A DNA stretch of 32,000 bases from Natranaeroarchaeum sulfidigenes (GCF_017094485.1 NZ_CP064786.1:2514788-2546787), one strand, 5' to 3'. Counted from the first letter of the stretch, positions 1 through 9,141 are shown. The notes: generated by a model not told the origin, from the letters alone. Program-made: numbers and translations.

Positions 1-843
1 CGCTCGCAGTTCGGTGCTCGTGTTCCGGTCCGCCGGCGCGAGCGCGACGAGCGAGCCATCGGGCGCGAGGGCGTCGAGATACCGCCGGGCAACCGCTCTC
101 GGATCGTCCAGTTCGCTGAGGACGTTCCCGAAGAGGATCAGGTCGAACTCACCTGATGGGTCGAACTCCTCCGCACGCTCCCGGTGGATCTCCGTGTGGA
201 CGTTCCGGTCGGCTTCATCGAGTATCGCCGACAGCACGTCCGCTGCGTCGCTCGGCTCGACGGCGTGATACTCGACGAGCGCGTCGTCGGGCAGCAGATC
301 ACAGAGCCCCAGCGCGGGACCGCCGACGCCCGCCCCGACGTCGAGTACCCGCAGTTTGCGCGGAAGTAACCGTCGCTCAATCAGATCGGTAAGGGCGTAC
401 TGGACGACCGCGTAGTAGTCCGGCAGGTGGTAGATCGCGTAGGCCAGCGCCGCCTCGTAGTCGTACTCGACGGGGTGCTGGCGGTAGTAGGCGTCCTTGA
501 GCTTCCGAATCCGCTCTCGAAGGGCGTTGCCGGACTCGCCATCCGGCCAGTCTATTCCGTACTCCGCGACGAGCAGTTCCTCCAGCACGGCCCCGTACTC
601 GTCGGGGAACCGGTCGACCCGCTCCACGGCGGTCGCGACCGGCTTCTCCCCAACTGGCACGAAGGTTCCCTCGTCGGTCTCGACGAGACCGAGGTCGAAC
701 GCCTCCTCGCGAAGGGTCTGGCGCACGACCGCGGGATGTGGCTGGCTCTCGACGTACTCGTAGATCTCCTCGGGATCGATCGGTCGGACCTCCCTGAGAT
801 ACTTCGCTGTATCCCGGATCGCCGTTCGTTCGTCGTTACTCAT
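1..843 (-). CDS. Class I SAM-dependent methyltransferase, Rsm22-like; C-terminus runs off the left window edge
   Basis: Absent from the ORF track because there is no stop in the window. Manual reverse-strand translation from ATG (843-841) stays open to nt 1 (281 codons): MSNDERTAIRDTAKYLREV...YAIYHLPDYYAVVQYALTDL...LRVLDVGAGVGGPALGL (SAM motif I)...DLILFGNVLSEL. Acidic composition. Its ATG lies inside the last 8 nt of the upstream tyrA ORF. Confidence 0.7.
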   Translation of the reverse strand, partial: MSNDERTAIRDTAKYLREVRPIDPEEIYEYVESQPHPAVVRQTLREEAFDLGLVETDEGTFVPVGEKPVATAVERVDRFPDEYGAVLEELLVAEYGIDWPDGESGNALRERIRKLKDAYYRQHPVEYDYEAALAYAIYHLPDYYAVVQYALTDLIERRLLPRKLRVLDVGAGVGGPALGLCDLLPDDALVEYHAVEPSDAADVLSAILDEADRNVHTEIHRERAEEFDPSGEFDLILFGNVLSELDDPRAVARRYLDALAPDGSLVALAPADRNTSTELRA

Positions 844-1567
844 CTTCGGTCCTCCCGGCCTCCCGATAGAGTCGCTCGAACTCCTCGTCGTCCGCGTTCG
901 CGATCCGTGCCGCCACCGCGGCGACGTCCTTGGCACCGTCGAAGGCCGACTGGATCTCGCTGTACACGGCCGGGTTGTTCCCGGTCATCTGCTCGACCAG
1001 CGCTTCTAGCCCACCCGAGATCGGCGTCTGGAACCGCTCGGGGACGTCCTCGGTCGCCAGCGCGTATGCGAGCACCGCCGCGTGTGCCCCGGATTGCACG
1101 TCGTTCATCGCCGCATCGTGTTCTTCCGGCGTCGTCTCGAACAACTCGTTGCCCACCATCGCGAGGCCCCCACGGAGCGTGTCGGTGACCGGTCCCGGAC
1201 TGTCGGCAACGATGGCGACGTTGCCCGGCGCGTTCTCCGGCGCGAACAGTGGGTGGAAACTGACGCGTTCGAGATCGGGGGCGTGGGTTTCCATCGCGGC
1301 GACGGGGCCAGCCATCGCGCCCGTCACGTCAACGATCGCTTCGGTCGCCCGGTCGGCGTATTCGGCGATCACCGTTTCGGCAGCAGACATCGGCACGGCG
1401 ATACAGACGACCTCGTACGTCTCGTCCGGCGCGGCGACCCGCCCGCCGACGGCGTCCGCTGCACTCGCTGCAGCGTCCCCGTCGATATCCGTAAAGACCG
1501 GCGTGGCGTCGACGCTCTCGCCGAACCACCGCCCCATCGCGCCCGCGCCGACGATCAGTACCTCCAT
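836..1567 (-). CDS. tyrA: Prephenate dehydrogenase
   Basis: 243 aa. N-terminal Rossmann motif MEVLIVGAGAMGRWFG, followed by the HPLFAP...AIV and helical C-domain pattern typical of archaeal TyrA. Acidic. Confidence 0.85.
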   Translation of the reverse strand: MEVLIVGAGAMGRWFGESVDATPVFTDIDGDAAASAADAVGGRVAAPDETYEVVCIAVPMSAAETVIAEYADRATEAIVDVTGAMAGPVAAMETHAPDLERVSFHPLFAPENAPGNVAIVADSPGPVTDTLRGGLAMVGNELFETTPEEHDAAMNDVQSGAHAAVLAYALATEDVPERFQTPISGGLEALVEQMTGNNPAVYSEIQSAFDGAKDVAAVAARIANADDEEFERLYREAGRTEDE

Positions 1568-1654
1568 CGACGCGAGATAGCAAGTCTCGCCTCAAAAGGG
1601 ATTCGGAGTGCCGTTCCGAAGGGGTTTTAGCCGCTTCGGGGGATTACTTCGGAT

Positions 1655-2356
1655 ATGACTGCTCCCTGGGCCGAGTGGGACCACATCGTGAAGATCGACC
1701 CCGACAAGACGTTACCGGAGGGGGAAACGTACGAGGACGTGCTGGCAACCGGAACCGACGCCATCGAGATCGGCGGGACGACCGGGATGACGACCGACAA
1801 GATGGAACGCGTCATCGAGGCCTGTGCCGCTCACGACGTTCCGCTGTATCTCGAACCGAGCGCACCCGAAGTGGCCGTCAACGACGAGGCGCTCGACGGC
1901 TATCTCATCCCGACCGTCTTCAACACCGAGAACCCATTCTGGCTCGCGGGCGCGCACAAGGAGTGGACACGCATCGAGGACGAGCTCCCCTGGGATCGCA
2001 TCACGACGGAGGCATACATCGTGATGAACCCCGACTCCGCGGTCGCAACGTACACCGAGGCTGACTGCGATCTGAGTGCCGAGGACGCCGCCGCCTACGC
2101 CACCGTCGCCGAGCGCCTGTTCGGCCAGGAGATCATCTACGTCGAGTACTCCGGCACACTCGGTGATCCGGAAATCGTCGGCGCGGCACACGACGCCCTC
2201 GACGAGGCCACCCTCTTTTACGGCGGCGGCGTCCACGACTACGACTCCGCATACGAACTCGGCCAGCACACAGACGTCGTCGTCGTCGGTGATCTGGTCC
2301 ACGACGAAGGGGCAGAGGCAGTCGCCGAAACGGTCCGTGGCGCACAGGACGCCTGA
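1655..2356 (+). CDS. Geranylgeranylglyceryl phosphate synthase (GGGPS, PcrB family)
   Basis: 233 aa with [25 protein letters not shown] and FYGGGV motifs of the PcrB/GGGPS TIM barrel. TATA-like GTTTTAG at 1624-1630, about 28 nt upstream of the ATG. Confidence 0.9.
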   Translation: MTAPWAEWDHIVKIDPDKTLPEGETYEDVLATGTDAIEIGGTTGMTTDKMERVIEACAAHDVPLYLEPSAPEVAVNDEALDGYLIPTVFNTENPFWLAGAHKEWTRIEDELPWDRITTEAYIVMNPDSAVATYTEADCDLSAEDAAAYATVAERLFGQEIIYVEYSGTLGDPEIVGAAHDALDEATLFYGGGVHDYDSAYELGQHTDVVVVGDLVHDEGAEAVAETVRGAQDA

Positions 2357-2357
2357 G

Positions 2358-2744
2358 TTATCGATCGATATCGACCAGCGCAGCGACACAGCCCGCTGCC
2401 GCGACGACATGCGTGATCCCCAGCACGACCAGCCGTGGGATCGTTGCGCCCTCCAGCGTCGCAGCGAAATCGAGAGAGACAAAGGAGACGAGCAGAACCA
2501 CCGCGGCGATAGCAAGGAAGGGGCGGTCCGGATCGGCAAGTCGCCAGTCTAGCAGGCTGTAGGTTATCGCCGCTCCGATTCCGGCGATCGTCGAGACGAG
2601 TACGACCGGTACGATGCTGAGCGGGCCGAACCAGCCGACAGTCAGGTACGCGAGTACGAGCACCGCGAGGTTGCCCGCGACCGCGAAACTGAGCGCAGGA
2701 ACGGCTCGACCGATCACAGTTCGAACGCTACCACGTATTGTCAT
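2358..2744 (-). CDS. Small integral membrane protein, unknown function (about 4 TM)
   Basis: Hydrophobic helices throughout. Start moved to the internal ATG (2744-2742, MTIRGSV...) because TATA-like CTTATTAC (reverse strand, 2766-2773) sits about 25 nt upstream. The track ORF extends to 2795. Confidence 0.6.
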   Translation of the reverse strand: MTIRGSVRTVIGRAVPALSFAVAGNLAVLVLAYLTVGWFGPLSIVPVVLVSTIAGIGAAITYSLLDWRLADPDRPFLAIAAVVLLVSFVSLDFAATLEGATIPRLVVLGITHVVAAAGCVAALVDIDR

Positions 2745-2759
2745 GCACAGCACTACACT

Positions 2760-2835
2760 GTTCGAAGTAATAAGCTTGTAACTTTGAAGTGTCAAAGTAC
2801 TGGGGCTCTATTAACGGTTGTTACAATAGTTCGAA
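2760..2835. promoter_or_regulatory. Nested inverted repeats in the divergent promoter between the membrane-protein gene and the HxlR-like gene
   Basis: ACTTTGA (2781-2787)/TCAAAGT (2792-2798) with a 4-nt spacer. TTGTAAC (2776-2782)/GTTACAA (2820-2826). GTTCGAA at 2760-2766 and 2829-2835. All lie between the two TATA-like boxes. Confidence 0.3.
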
Positions 2836-2873
2836 AACAAAAGTATTAGTGATCGGATATCGTTACGACGGCT

Positions 2874-3287
2874 ATGAGCGGGAACAACGGTCCACCAGCC
2901 GATCACGAACCGCGGGGACGAACGACGAGCGAGGATATCAGGGCGCGACGCGAGTCGCTCTCCGAGGACGACCGGGCAGCGGTCGAGGAGACCGTCGCCG
3001 AGCTGCTCGACGTGCTCGGAAAAACCCACGCGATGGCGGTGCTCAGCGAGTTCGCCGTTGCCGAGGAGCCCCTGCGCTTTTCGGATCTCCAGTCGACACT
3101 GGATGTCCCGCCGAACACGCTCTCGACGCGGCTTTCCGAACTAACTGAGGCCGGGCTGCTCGTCCGGGAATCTCACGACGAAGTCCCTCCGAGAGTCGTC
3201 TACGAGCCGACCGAGAAGGCTGAGGGGCTGTTCCCCGCGTTTGGTTATCTCCACGAGTGGGCGATCGAGCAGGCTACCGACCGCTGA
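2874..3287 (+). CDS. HxlR-like winged-helix transcriptional regulator with a charged, low-complexity N-terminal extension
   Basis: 137 aa. Core LLDVLGKTHAMAVLSEF...PLRFSDLQSTLDVPPNTLSTRLSELTEAGLLVRE...PPRVVYEPTEKAEGL matches the HxlR/MarR-type wHTH layout. About 45 extra N-terminal residues, rich in R, D and E. Confidence 0.75.
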   Translation: MSGNNGPPADHEPRGRTTSEDIRARRESLSEDDRAAVEETVAELLDVLGKTHAMAVLSEFAVAEEPLRFSDLQSTLDVPPNTLSTRLSELTEAGLLVRESHDEVPPRVVYEPTEKAEGLFPAFGYLHEWAIEQATDR

Positions 3288-3296
3288 CCGACAGCC

Positions 3297-3788
3297 TCAG
3301 CGCCACGGACCGAACGACTTCTCCATGACACGCACCGGCAACGGCACCGATTCTCCCTCGTACTCCTTCTGGATCGTCTCATCCCGGGTCGTCCGGTAGC
3401 CCTGCCGTTCGTAGAACGCAACCGCGTTGAGCGAGGACCACAGTTCGAGACGGTCGACGCCCTGACCAAGTGCGTACCCCTCCAGATGGGCGAGGATCGT
3501 TGAGCCGACGCCACGTCGTGCGTGATCGGGGTCGACGTACACCGCACGGATCTCCTCGCCCTCGGGAATAACGTGCCCGTAGCCCACCACTTCGCCGTCC
3601 CGTTCGGCAATGACCAGATGATGACTACTCTCTGTGACCGGGTAGGCATCGGTCCCGTCGTCCTTCGTCGCCCACGCCTCGACCTGCCGATCGGTGTAGC
3701 CGTTCGGTCCACGCTCACGGATCGCCTCGACGTGAAGCGAGCGGATCCGATCCATGTCTCGGCTGGTTGCGACCCGAATGCATGTCAT
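3297..3788 (-). CDS. GNAT family N-acetyltransferase
   Basis: Acetyl-CoA motif VDPDHARRGVGSTIL and C-terminal AFYERQGY. Start set at the internal ATG (MTCIRVATSRD...). The track ORF begins at 3809, so the start is uncertain. Confidence 0.8.
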   Translation of the reverse strand: MTCIRVATSRDMDRIRSLHVEAIRERGPNGYTDRQVEAWATKDDGTDAYPVTESSHHLVIAERDGEVVGYGHVIPEGEEIRAVYVDPDHARRGVGSTILAHLEGYALGQGVDRLELWSSLNAVAFYERQGYRTTRDETIQKEYEGESVPLPVRVMEKSFGPWR

Positions 3789-3962
3789 GGCTGACCATTG
3801 TCTTTCCACAGGGAAAATCCCGCGCCGCCAGAAGCAGGTTCGGCGACGAGTTCAAAATACATATAGCACTAATTGATTTACTGCGGTGCACAGCCTCGGT
3901 CGCATCGCTGTCCATGCAGCCGTCGAAAATAGCTTCCTGAGCGTTCCCCGCGTCGAAATCGA

Positions 3963-4763
3963 TCAGAGATGCCGCCCGACGGCGGTCATCCCGCCGTCGA
4001 CGTCGAGCGTCGTTCCGGTGACAAAAGAAGCCTGATCAGATGCCAGAAAGGCGATTCCTTCGGCGAGTTCGCTCGGGTGAGCGTGGCGCTTGAGGATCGC
4101 CGGGCCATCCTCTCGTCGGGTCGTCGCGTCGGCGATGCGCTCGTAGGCCTCGTCGTCCTCCAGGTCACCGAGGTGGTAGTCGGTGATCGTCCAGCCCGGC
4201 GAGACGGCGTTGGCACGGATACCGTGGTCGGCGTGGTCGCAGGCTATATCGCGGGTTAGTGCCACGACCCCGGCCTTGGTCGCGTCGTAGAGTGACCACT
4301 CCTCGCGTCCGATGGTGGCGTTGGCCGACGCGACGTTGACGATCGCGCTCCCCTCATCAAGTTTCGGGATGGCGTGTTTACAACACCGTGCGATTCCCTG
4401 GAGGTTGATATCGACGATCTGGTCTATCGCCGCCTCCTCGGCCTCGGGTAACGGCCCTGCGTCGATCCGCGTTCCGACGTTGTTGACGAGGACGTCGAGG
4501 CCGCCCCATTCGTCTCCAATACGGCGGAACGCCGACTCGACCGCAGCGTCGTCGGTGACATCACATTCGATCGCGAGGTGTTCGTCCCCATCGAGCGTCG
4601 CGACCGTGCGGTCGGCCATCTGCGAGTCGACATCGATCACCGCAACGTCGGCGCCTTCGTCGGCGAGCAATTGTGCTGTCGCTTCACCGATACCGATCGC
4701 TCTGTCGGTGTGTGCGCCGCCGCCGGTGACGGCCACCCGTTTTCCCTCGAATCGCCTGGACAT
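3963..4763 (-). CDS. Short-chain dehydrogenase/reductase (SDR)
   Basis: Start set at MSRRFEGKRVAVTGGG (ATG 4763-4761). Gly-rich NAD(P) motif, NNVG, catalytic SLYDATKAG (Y-x3-K), and the C-terminal FLASDQASFVTGTTLDVDGG signature. Confidence 0.85.
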   Translation of the reverse strand: MSRRFEGKRVAVTGGGAHTDRAIGIGEATAQLLADEGADVAVIDVDSQMADRTVATLDGDEHLAIECDVTDDAAVESAFRRIGDEWGGLDVLVNNVGTRIDAGPLPEAEEAAIDQIVDINLQGIARCCKHAIPKLDEGSAIVNVASANATIGREEWSLYDATKAGVVALTRDIACDHADHGIRANAVSPGWTITDYHLGDLEDDEAYERIADATTRREDGPAILKRHAHPSELAEGIAFLASDQASFVTGTTLDVDGGMTAVGRHL

Positions 4764-4921
4764 GTGCCCGGCTGCACGGCGAGCACACATAACGGTTGGT
4801 ACACCGGTTAAACGGCCCGACCCAACCAGTTTGTTTCCGGGGCGACACGGTAGGATGGCACGAGGCAAGCGTACCGACGAGAACCGACGCAGTTTAAGGC
4901 TCGGCGGCAAAAATCGAGGGT

Positions 4922-6223
4922 ATGGAAGACCGAACGTATACAGCGGACGCCGAACCAGGCGACACCGTCACCGTCGCCGGGTGGGCACACGAGCTCCGCG
5001 ACCTCGGTGGCATCGCTTTCCTCATCGTGCGAGACACAAGCGGGAAGATTCAGGTCAAATTCGAGAAAGACGAGATGGACGACGACCTCGTCGAGACCGG
5101 CCTCAACATCGCCCGCGAGAGCGTCGTACAGGTGACCGGCGCGGTCGAAGAAGAGCCGCGCGCGCCGACCGACGTCGAGATCGTTCCGGAGGAGGTCGAG
5201 GTTATCGCCGGGGCCGACCCCGAACTGCCGCTCGATCCCTCGGGGAAGGTCGACGCCGACCTCTCGACGCGACTCGACAACCGGACGCTCGACGTCCGCA
5301 AGCCGGAAGTCAAGGCAATCTTCGAGATCCGTGCCGAGATCCTGCGGGCCGTCCGCGAGTACTTCCGCTCGGTCGGTGGGACCGAGATCAACACGCCGAA
5401 GATCGTGGCTACGGGCACCGAGGGCGGCACTGAGCTGTTCCCGGTCACCTACTTCGGGCAAGAGGCGTTCATGAACCAGTCGCCGCAGCTGTTCAAGCAG
5501 CTGATGGTCGGCTCTGGCCTCGAACGGGTCTTCGAGATCGGCCCGATCTTCCGCGCCGAGGAGCACAACACGCCACGACACCTCAACGAGGCGACGATGA
5601 TCGACTTCGAATCCGCCTTCATCGACCACAATGAAGCGATGGACGTCTGTGAGGGCACACTGCACGCTGCCTATCAGGCCGTCGAGGAGAACTGTCAGGA
5701 GCAGCTCGATCTGCTGGGCTACGACGACTTCGCCGCGCCCGAGGAGGACTTCCCGCGACTCACCTACGAGGAAGCGATCGAGCGGATCAACGCAACGGGC
5801 GAACTCGACGAACAGCTCGTCTGGGGCGACGACCTCTCGACCGAGGCCGAGAAGGCACTGGGCGACGAGATCGGCGGTCACTACTTCATCACCGACTGGC
5901 CCAGCGAGATCAAGCCCTTCTACATCCAGGACTACGACGACGACCCCGAGCTCTCGAAGGGCTTCGACCTGATGCACCCGCGCATGGAGCTGGTTTCGGG
6001 CGGCCAGCGTGAACACCGTTTCGAGGCGCTTGAGGAAGGGTTCGAGCAGCAGGGTCTCGATCCCAGCCAGTTCGAGTACTACACCAAGATGTTCCGGTAT
6101 GGCATGCCGCCCCACGCCGGATGGGCCTACGGCGTCGAGCGCGTCGTCATGACGATGCTCGATCTCGATAACATCCGGGAAGCCGTGTTGTTCCCGCGAG
6201 ATCGACAACGGTTGAGTCCGTAG
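4922..6223 (+). CDS. aspS: Aspartyl-tRNA synthetase, archaeal type
   Basis: 433 aa. N-terminal OB fold ([23 protein letters not shown]). Class II motif 2 GPIFRAEE and motif 3 [15 protein letters not shown]-like GTTTAAGG at 4892-4899. Confidence 0.95.
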   Translation: MEDRTYTADAEPGDTVTVAGWAHELRDLGGIAFLIVRDTSGKIQVKFEKDEMDDDLVETGLNIARESVVQVTGAVEEEPRAPTDVEIVPEEVEVIAGADPELPLDPSGKVDADLSTRLDNRTLDVRKPEVKAIFEIRAEILRAVREYFRSVGGTEINTPKIVATGTEGGTELFPVTYFGQEAFMNQSPQLFKQLMVGSGLERVFEIGPIFRAEEHNTPRHLNEATMIDFESAFIDHNEAMDVCEGTLHAAYQAVEENCQEQLDLLGYDDFAAPEEDFPRLTYEEAIERINATGELDEQLVWGDDLSTEAEKALGDEIGGHYFITDWPSEIKPFYIQDYDDDPELSKGFDLMHPRMELVSGGQREHRFEALEEGFEQQGLDPSQFEYYTKMFRYGMPPHAGWAYGVERVVMTMLDLDNIREAVLFPRDRQRLSP

Positions 6224-6225
6224 GA

Positions 6226-6244
6226 CTCGCCGTTACTCGGCGAG
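6226..6244 (+). terminator. GC-rich hairpin 3 nt after the aspS stop
   Basis: CTCGCCG (6226-6232), loop TTACT, CGGCGAG (6238-6244). No T tract follows, so a terminator function is uncertain. Confidence 0.3.
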
Positions 6245-6385
6245 CGGGAGCTCGATAGACGATCGTAGTGAGTCTATCGGCGTTCCCGCGAGGCAGGCAG
6301 CGTCTGTCGCCGTAGGCGACCGCCGACGGATAATCCCCTTTCTGAAGCGCAATCACTAAACGGGTGACGACCGTGAGTACCGTCA

Positions 6386-7459
6386 ATGCGAGCAGAGCCG
6401 CAGGATTTCGGTCGGGTCCTGTCGTCGATGTGTACGACACCACACCCGGCAGCCCGTGAAGCGGCCGAGCAGTTTCTCGCCACGAACCCTGGCGATCCCG
6501 ACACGTATCAAGCAGTCGCGGATCTGGAAGCCGAGGCGATCTCGCAACTGGCCGAGATCACCGGGCTCGTCAACCCACGCGGCTACGTCGCCAGCGGCGG
6601 GACAGAAGCCAACATTCAGGCCGTACGTGCGGCCAGAAACCTCGCGGCGACGCCGGAACCGAACGTCGTTGTCCCCGACAGCGGTCACTTCAGTTTTCAG
6701 AAGGCTGCTGGCGTACTCAACGTCGAGCTTCGTACTGCGCCAACGACCGACGAGTACCGGGTCGATCTCGACGCAGTCAGTGCGCTCGCGGACGAGGATA
6801 CCGTTCTGATCGTTGGTGTCGCCGGAACGACCGAGTACGGACGGGTCGATCCGCTCGGCGAACTGAGCCGGATTGCACGGGACGTCGACGCCCTCTTTCA
6901 CGTCGACGCGGCCTGGGGCGGCTTCGTTCTGCCGTTTACCGACTACGAGTGGCGCTTCGATCAGGTCCCGATCGATACGATGACGATCGATCCGCACAAG
7001 ATGGGACAGGCTTCGGTACCCGCTGGCGGATTTCTCACATCGTCGTCGGACATCCTCGATGCGCTGGCGATCGACACCCCCTATCTCGAATCGACCGACC
7101 AGGCAACGTTGACGGGCACCCGAAGCGGGGCGGGTGTCGCCAGCGCTGTCGCCGCAATGGACGCGCTCTGGCCCGAGGGGTATCGAGAGCAGTACGATCA
7201 GTCGATGCGAAACGCCGAGTGGCTGGCCGACGCCTTCACGGAGCGCGGGTTCGACGCCGTATCACCGACGCTCCCGCTGTTGGCTGTCGACCTGCCGGAC
7301 GGGCTCTTTGCCGGACTTCGCGAGCAAGGATGGCGGATCTCCCGGACAAGCGCGGGAGAACTGCGGATCGTCTGTATGCCCCATGTCACTCGCGAACAGT
7401 TGTCGGCGTTCATGACGGATCTCGATGCCCTGCGAGCACGACCTCGAACGAACTCCTGA
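6386..7459 (+). CDS. mfnA: PLP-dependent L-aspartate/L-tyrosine decarboxylase, MfnA family
   Basis: 357 aa. [21 protein letters not shown] and the PLP-lysine motif DPHKMG. Archaeal MfnA homologues supply beta-alanine for CoA in non-methanogens. Confidence 0.85.
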   Translation: MRAEPQDFGRVLSSMCTTPHPAAREAAEQFLATNPGDPDTYQAVADLEAEAISQLAEITGLVNPRGYVASGGTEANIQAVRAARNLAATPEPNVVVPDSGHFSFQKAAGVLNVELRTAPTTDEYRVDLDAVSALADEDTVLIVGVAGTTEYGRVDPLGELSRIARDVDALFHVDAAWGGFVLPFTDYEWRFDQVPIDTMTIDPHKMGQASVPAGGFLTSSSDILDALAIDTPYLESTDQATLTGTRSGAGVASAVAAMDALWPEGYREQYDQSMRNAEWLADAFTERGFDAVSPTLPLLAVDLPDGLFAGLREQGWRISRTSAGELRIVCMPHVTREQLSAFMTDLDALRARPRTNS

Positions 7460-7541
7460 GCACACAGTTCGTCGAGTCGAAATTCCGTATCCGTCGTGTA
7501 AACCCGACTAACAGTGGCTGAAACGAGACTTACCGACAGCT

Positions 7542-7569
7542 ACGGCTTTGATATCCGAAGCCGTTTTTA
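7542..7569 (+). terminator. Hairpin plus T5 tract downstream of mfnA
   Basis: ACGGCTT (7542-7548) pairs with AAGCCGT (7558-7564) around a 9-nt loop, followed by TTTTT (7564-7568). The T-rich tract could also serve as the TATA-like box for the DUF4013 gene. Confidence 0.45.
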
Positions 7570-7603
7570 CAGGTAGGACTCCTCGATACCGGGGTCTCAC
7601 ATC

Positions 7604-8296
7604 ATGAACATCGAGATACTCAACTATCCACGGACCGGTGACGAGACGGCGCGAACGATTATCCTCGGCGGGCTACTGGTACTGCTGTCGGTGCTCGTCG
7701 TTCCGACGATACTGCTCGTCGGATATCTCCTGCGGGTGCTTCGGAGTTCAGCGGCCGACGAGCCAGACCCACCCGTACTGGACGAGTGGTGGGAGCTGTT
7801 CGTCGACGGGCTCCGTGGGACAGTGGTCTCGGTCGTGTACGGCCTGATACCCCTGATTGGGGTTGTCATAGCGGTCGGCGGCGTCATCACGATCGGTGCT
7901 GATTTCGGTGCACTCGGCGCACTCGGCGTGCTGATCGGCGGCCTGCTATGGATCGGGCTCACTATCGCCGTCATATACGCGCTTCCGGCCGCACTGGCGA
8001 ACGTCGCCGAGGAGGGGACGATCGGTTCGGGATTCGACTGGAAGACGCTGCGTCCAGCCCTCCGGAGCGAGGCATACGCCTCGGCGTGGCTGATCGGATT
8101 GCTGGTCGTCCTCGCTGGGGGAGCGATCGCTAGCCTGCTGAGTGCCGTTCCCGTACTTGGTACGATCGGCAGCGCCTTCGTGGTGTTTTACGCGCTGGTC
8201 GTCGCCTACCACGTCGTCGGTCGGGCGTGGGGCGACCACGCCGAAGCACTGCTGAGCGTCGACCCTGACGTCGGCGGGGAGCAGTCCGCGGTCTGA
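7604..8296 (+). CDS. DUF4013-like polytopic membrane protein
   Basis: 230 aa. N-terminal YPRTGDE...TIILGGLLVLLSVLVVPTILLVGYLLRVLRSS...DEPDPPVLDEWWELFVDGL pattern recalled from DUF4013 proteins, plus further TM helices. Confidence 0.7.
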   Translation: MNIEILNYPRTGDETARTIILGGLLVLLSVLVVPTILLVGYLLRVLRSSAADEPDPPVLDEWWELFVDGLRGTVVSVVYGLIPLIGVVIAVGGVITIGADFGALGALGVLIGGLLWIGLTIAVIYALPAALANVAEEGTIGSGFDWKTLRPALRSEAYASAWLIGLLVVLAGGAIASLLSAVPVLGTIGSAFVVFYALVVAYHVVGRAWGDHAEALLSVDPDVGGEQSAV

Positions 8297-8475
8297 TAAT
8301 AATTTTATTGTATGGAGCTGATTGGGGACGGCATAAACTATATACTGAGATATCAAATCAATAGCGTATCCGTGAGACGACGCTCCGCGGAAGCTGACCG
8401 GTGAGTCACCTAACGTCGAATAGTGTAGTGCAATACTACAACGACTGTAGTTTGAGCAAACTTCGACCGGCGATG

Positions 8476-8838
8476 CTATGCTGACCGCGCATCATCCTGT
8501 GCGGCAAGGTCAAGATACGGCTGTAGTTGCTCAGCCGCCGGGAGGAGTTCGATCGTATCAGTATCGGCATCGTACTGGAGAACTCCTGCATCGGCGAGTT
8601 TCGGCAGGTGTCTGTGATAGAGTCCTGTTGCGATTCGCTGGTGGTGGCGCTCCTCCTCGACTGGCTCCCACACGGTCAGCGCGTCGGAGAGATCGGGGAG
8701 GCTGACCGTCCCGACCTGCTCGGAGATGTAGTAGAGGGCGTGTCGACGCCGTGTGACACTCAGCAGGTCGAAAATGACGTCCGCGGATAGCTCACTCCGG
8801 GCGGGTTTCTGCCTGTCGTCTCTGGTATCTGTATTCAT
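8476..8838 (-). CDS. Winged-helix DNA-binding protein, DUF7344-like (ArsR-type fold)
   Basis: 120 aa. VIFDLLSVTRRRHALYYI...VSLPDLSDAL...IATGLYHRHLPKLADAGVLQYD is the haloarchaeal DUF7344 HTH pattern as I recall it. Confidence 0.7.
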   Translation of the reverse strand: MNTDTRDDRQKPARSELSADVIFDLLSVTRRRHALYYISEQVGTVSLPDLSDALTVWEPVEEERHHQRIATGLYHRHLPKLADAGVLQYDADTDTIELLPAAEQLQPYLDLAAQDDARSA

Positions 8839-8848
8839 GGCTCTGGAC

Positions 8849-8913
8849 GTACACTCGTGAGTACGACTGCGGTTTCGTCTGAGTTGAAATAATGGTATGT
8901 ACCCCTTGCGTAC
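8849..8913. promoter_or_regulatory. GTAC-core repeat cluster upstream of the DUF7344 wHTH gene (candidate auto-operator)
   Basis: CGTACactcgtgaGTACG imperfect palindrome (8848-8865), plus the direct repeat GTACCC at 8899-8904 and 8910-8915, 11 bp apart. Confidence 0.3.
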
Positions 8914-8958
8914 CCGTGGGGAGACAATACTTGCTAGCAGGTAGCGTGGAGTGGTCGG

Positions 8959-9141
8959 CTACTCCTCGCATATGATTTCGATACTCCAGTCCGGGACGCT
9001 GCCGGTTGGCGTCTCGATCCGCCAGTGGCCGGCAACATCTGCACCGTCTGCAAAGGATGTCAACAGCAGGTCAGTCAGTCGCGTCTCGAACTCGCTGGTC
9101 GCAGCGCCGTTTCGGTGGGTGGCCGCATCGTCGGTCGTCAT
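8959..9141 (-). CDS. Hypothetical acidic micro-protein (60 aa)
   Basis: ATG-initiated ORF with haloarchaeal-like acidic composition (MTTDDAATHRNGAATSEFETRL...DVAGHWRIETPTGSVPDWSIEIICEE). Weak TATA-like GTTTCAGG on the reverse strand about 25 nt upstream. No family recognised. Confidence 0.45.
   Translation of the reverse strand: MTTDDAATHRNGAATSEFETRLTDLLLTSFADGADVAGHWRIETPTGSVPDWSIEIICEE

Noticed and set aside
2359-2370. Perfect 12-bp palindrome TATCGATCGATA as a bidirectional terminator
   Set aside because: As a hairpin it would give only a 4-bp stem, and there is no oligo-T tract. It overlaps the stop codon of the reverse gene. It is recorded only as part of the convergent-overlap observation.
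4764-4921. Near-palindromic TAACGGTTGGTACACCGGTTAA in the SDR/aspS divergent spacer
   Set aside because: The symmetry is imperfect and requires an indel. Only the TATA-like GTTTAAGG for aspS is well supported.
4808-6208. 466-aa reverse-strand ORF covering almost all of aspS
   Set aside because: It is antisense to a gene with unmistakable class II aaRS motifs. The translation is Arg/Leu/Val/Gly-rich and non-acidic with no recognisable motif. This is a typical GC-driven shadow ORF.
8312-8404. 30-codon ATG ORF (MELIGDGINYILRYQINSVSVRRRSAEADR) in the AT-rich spacer
   Set aside because: The TATA-like string sits too close (under 10 nt) to the ATG. The peptide is basic and nondescript. There is no way to support translation from the sequence alone.
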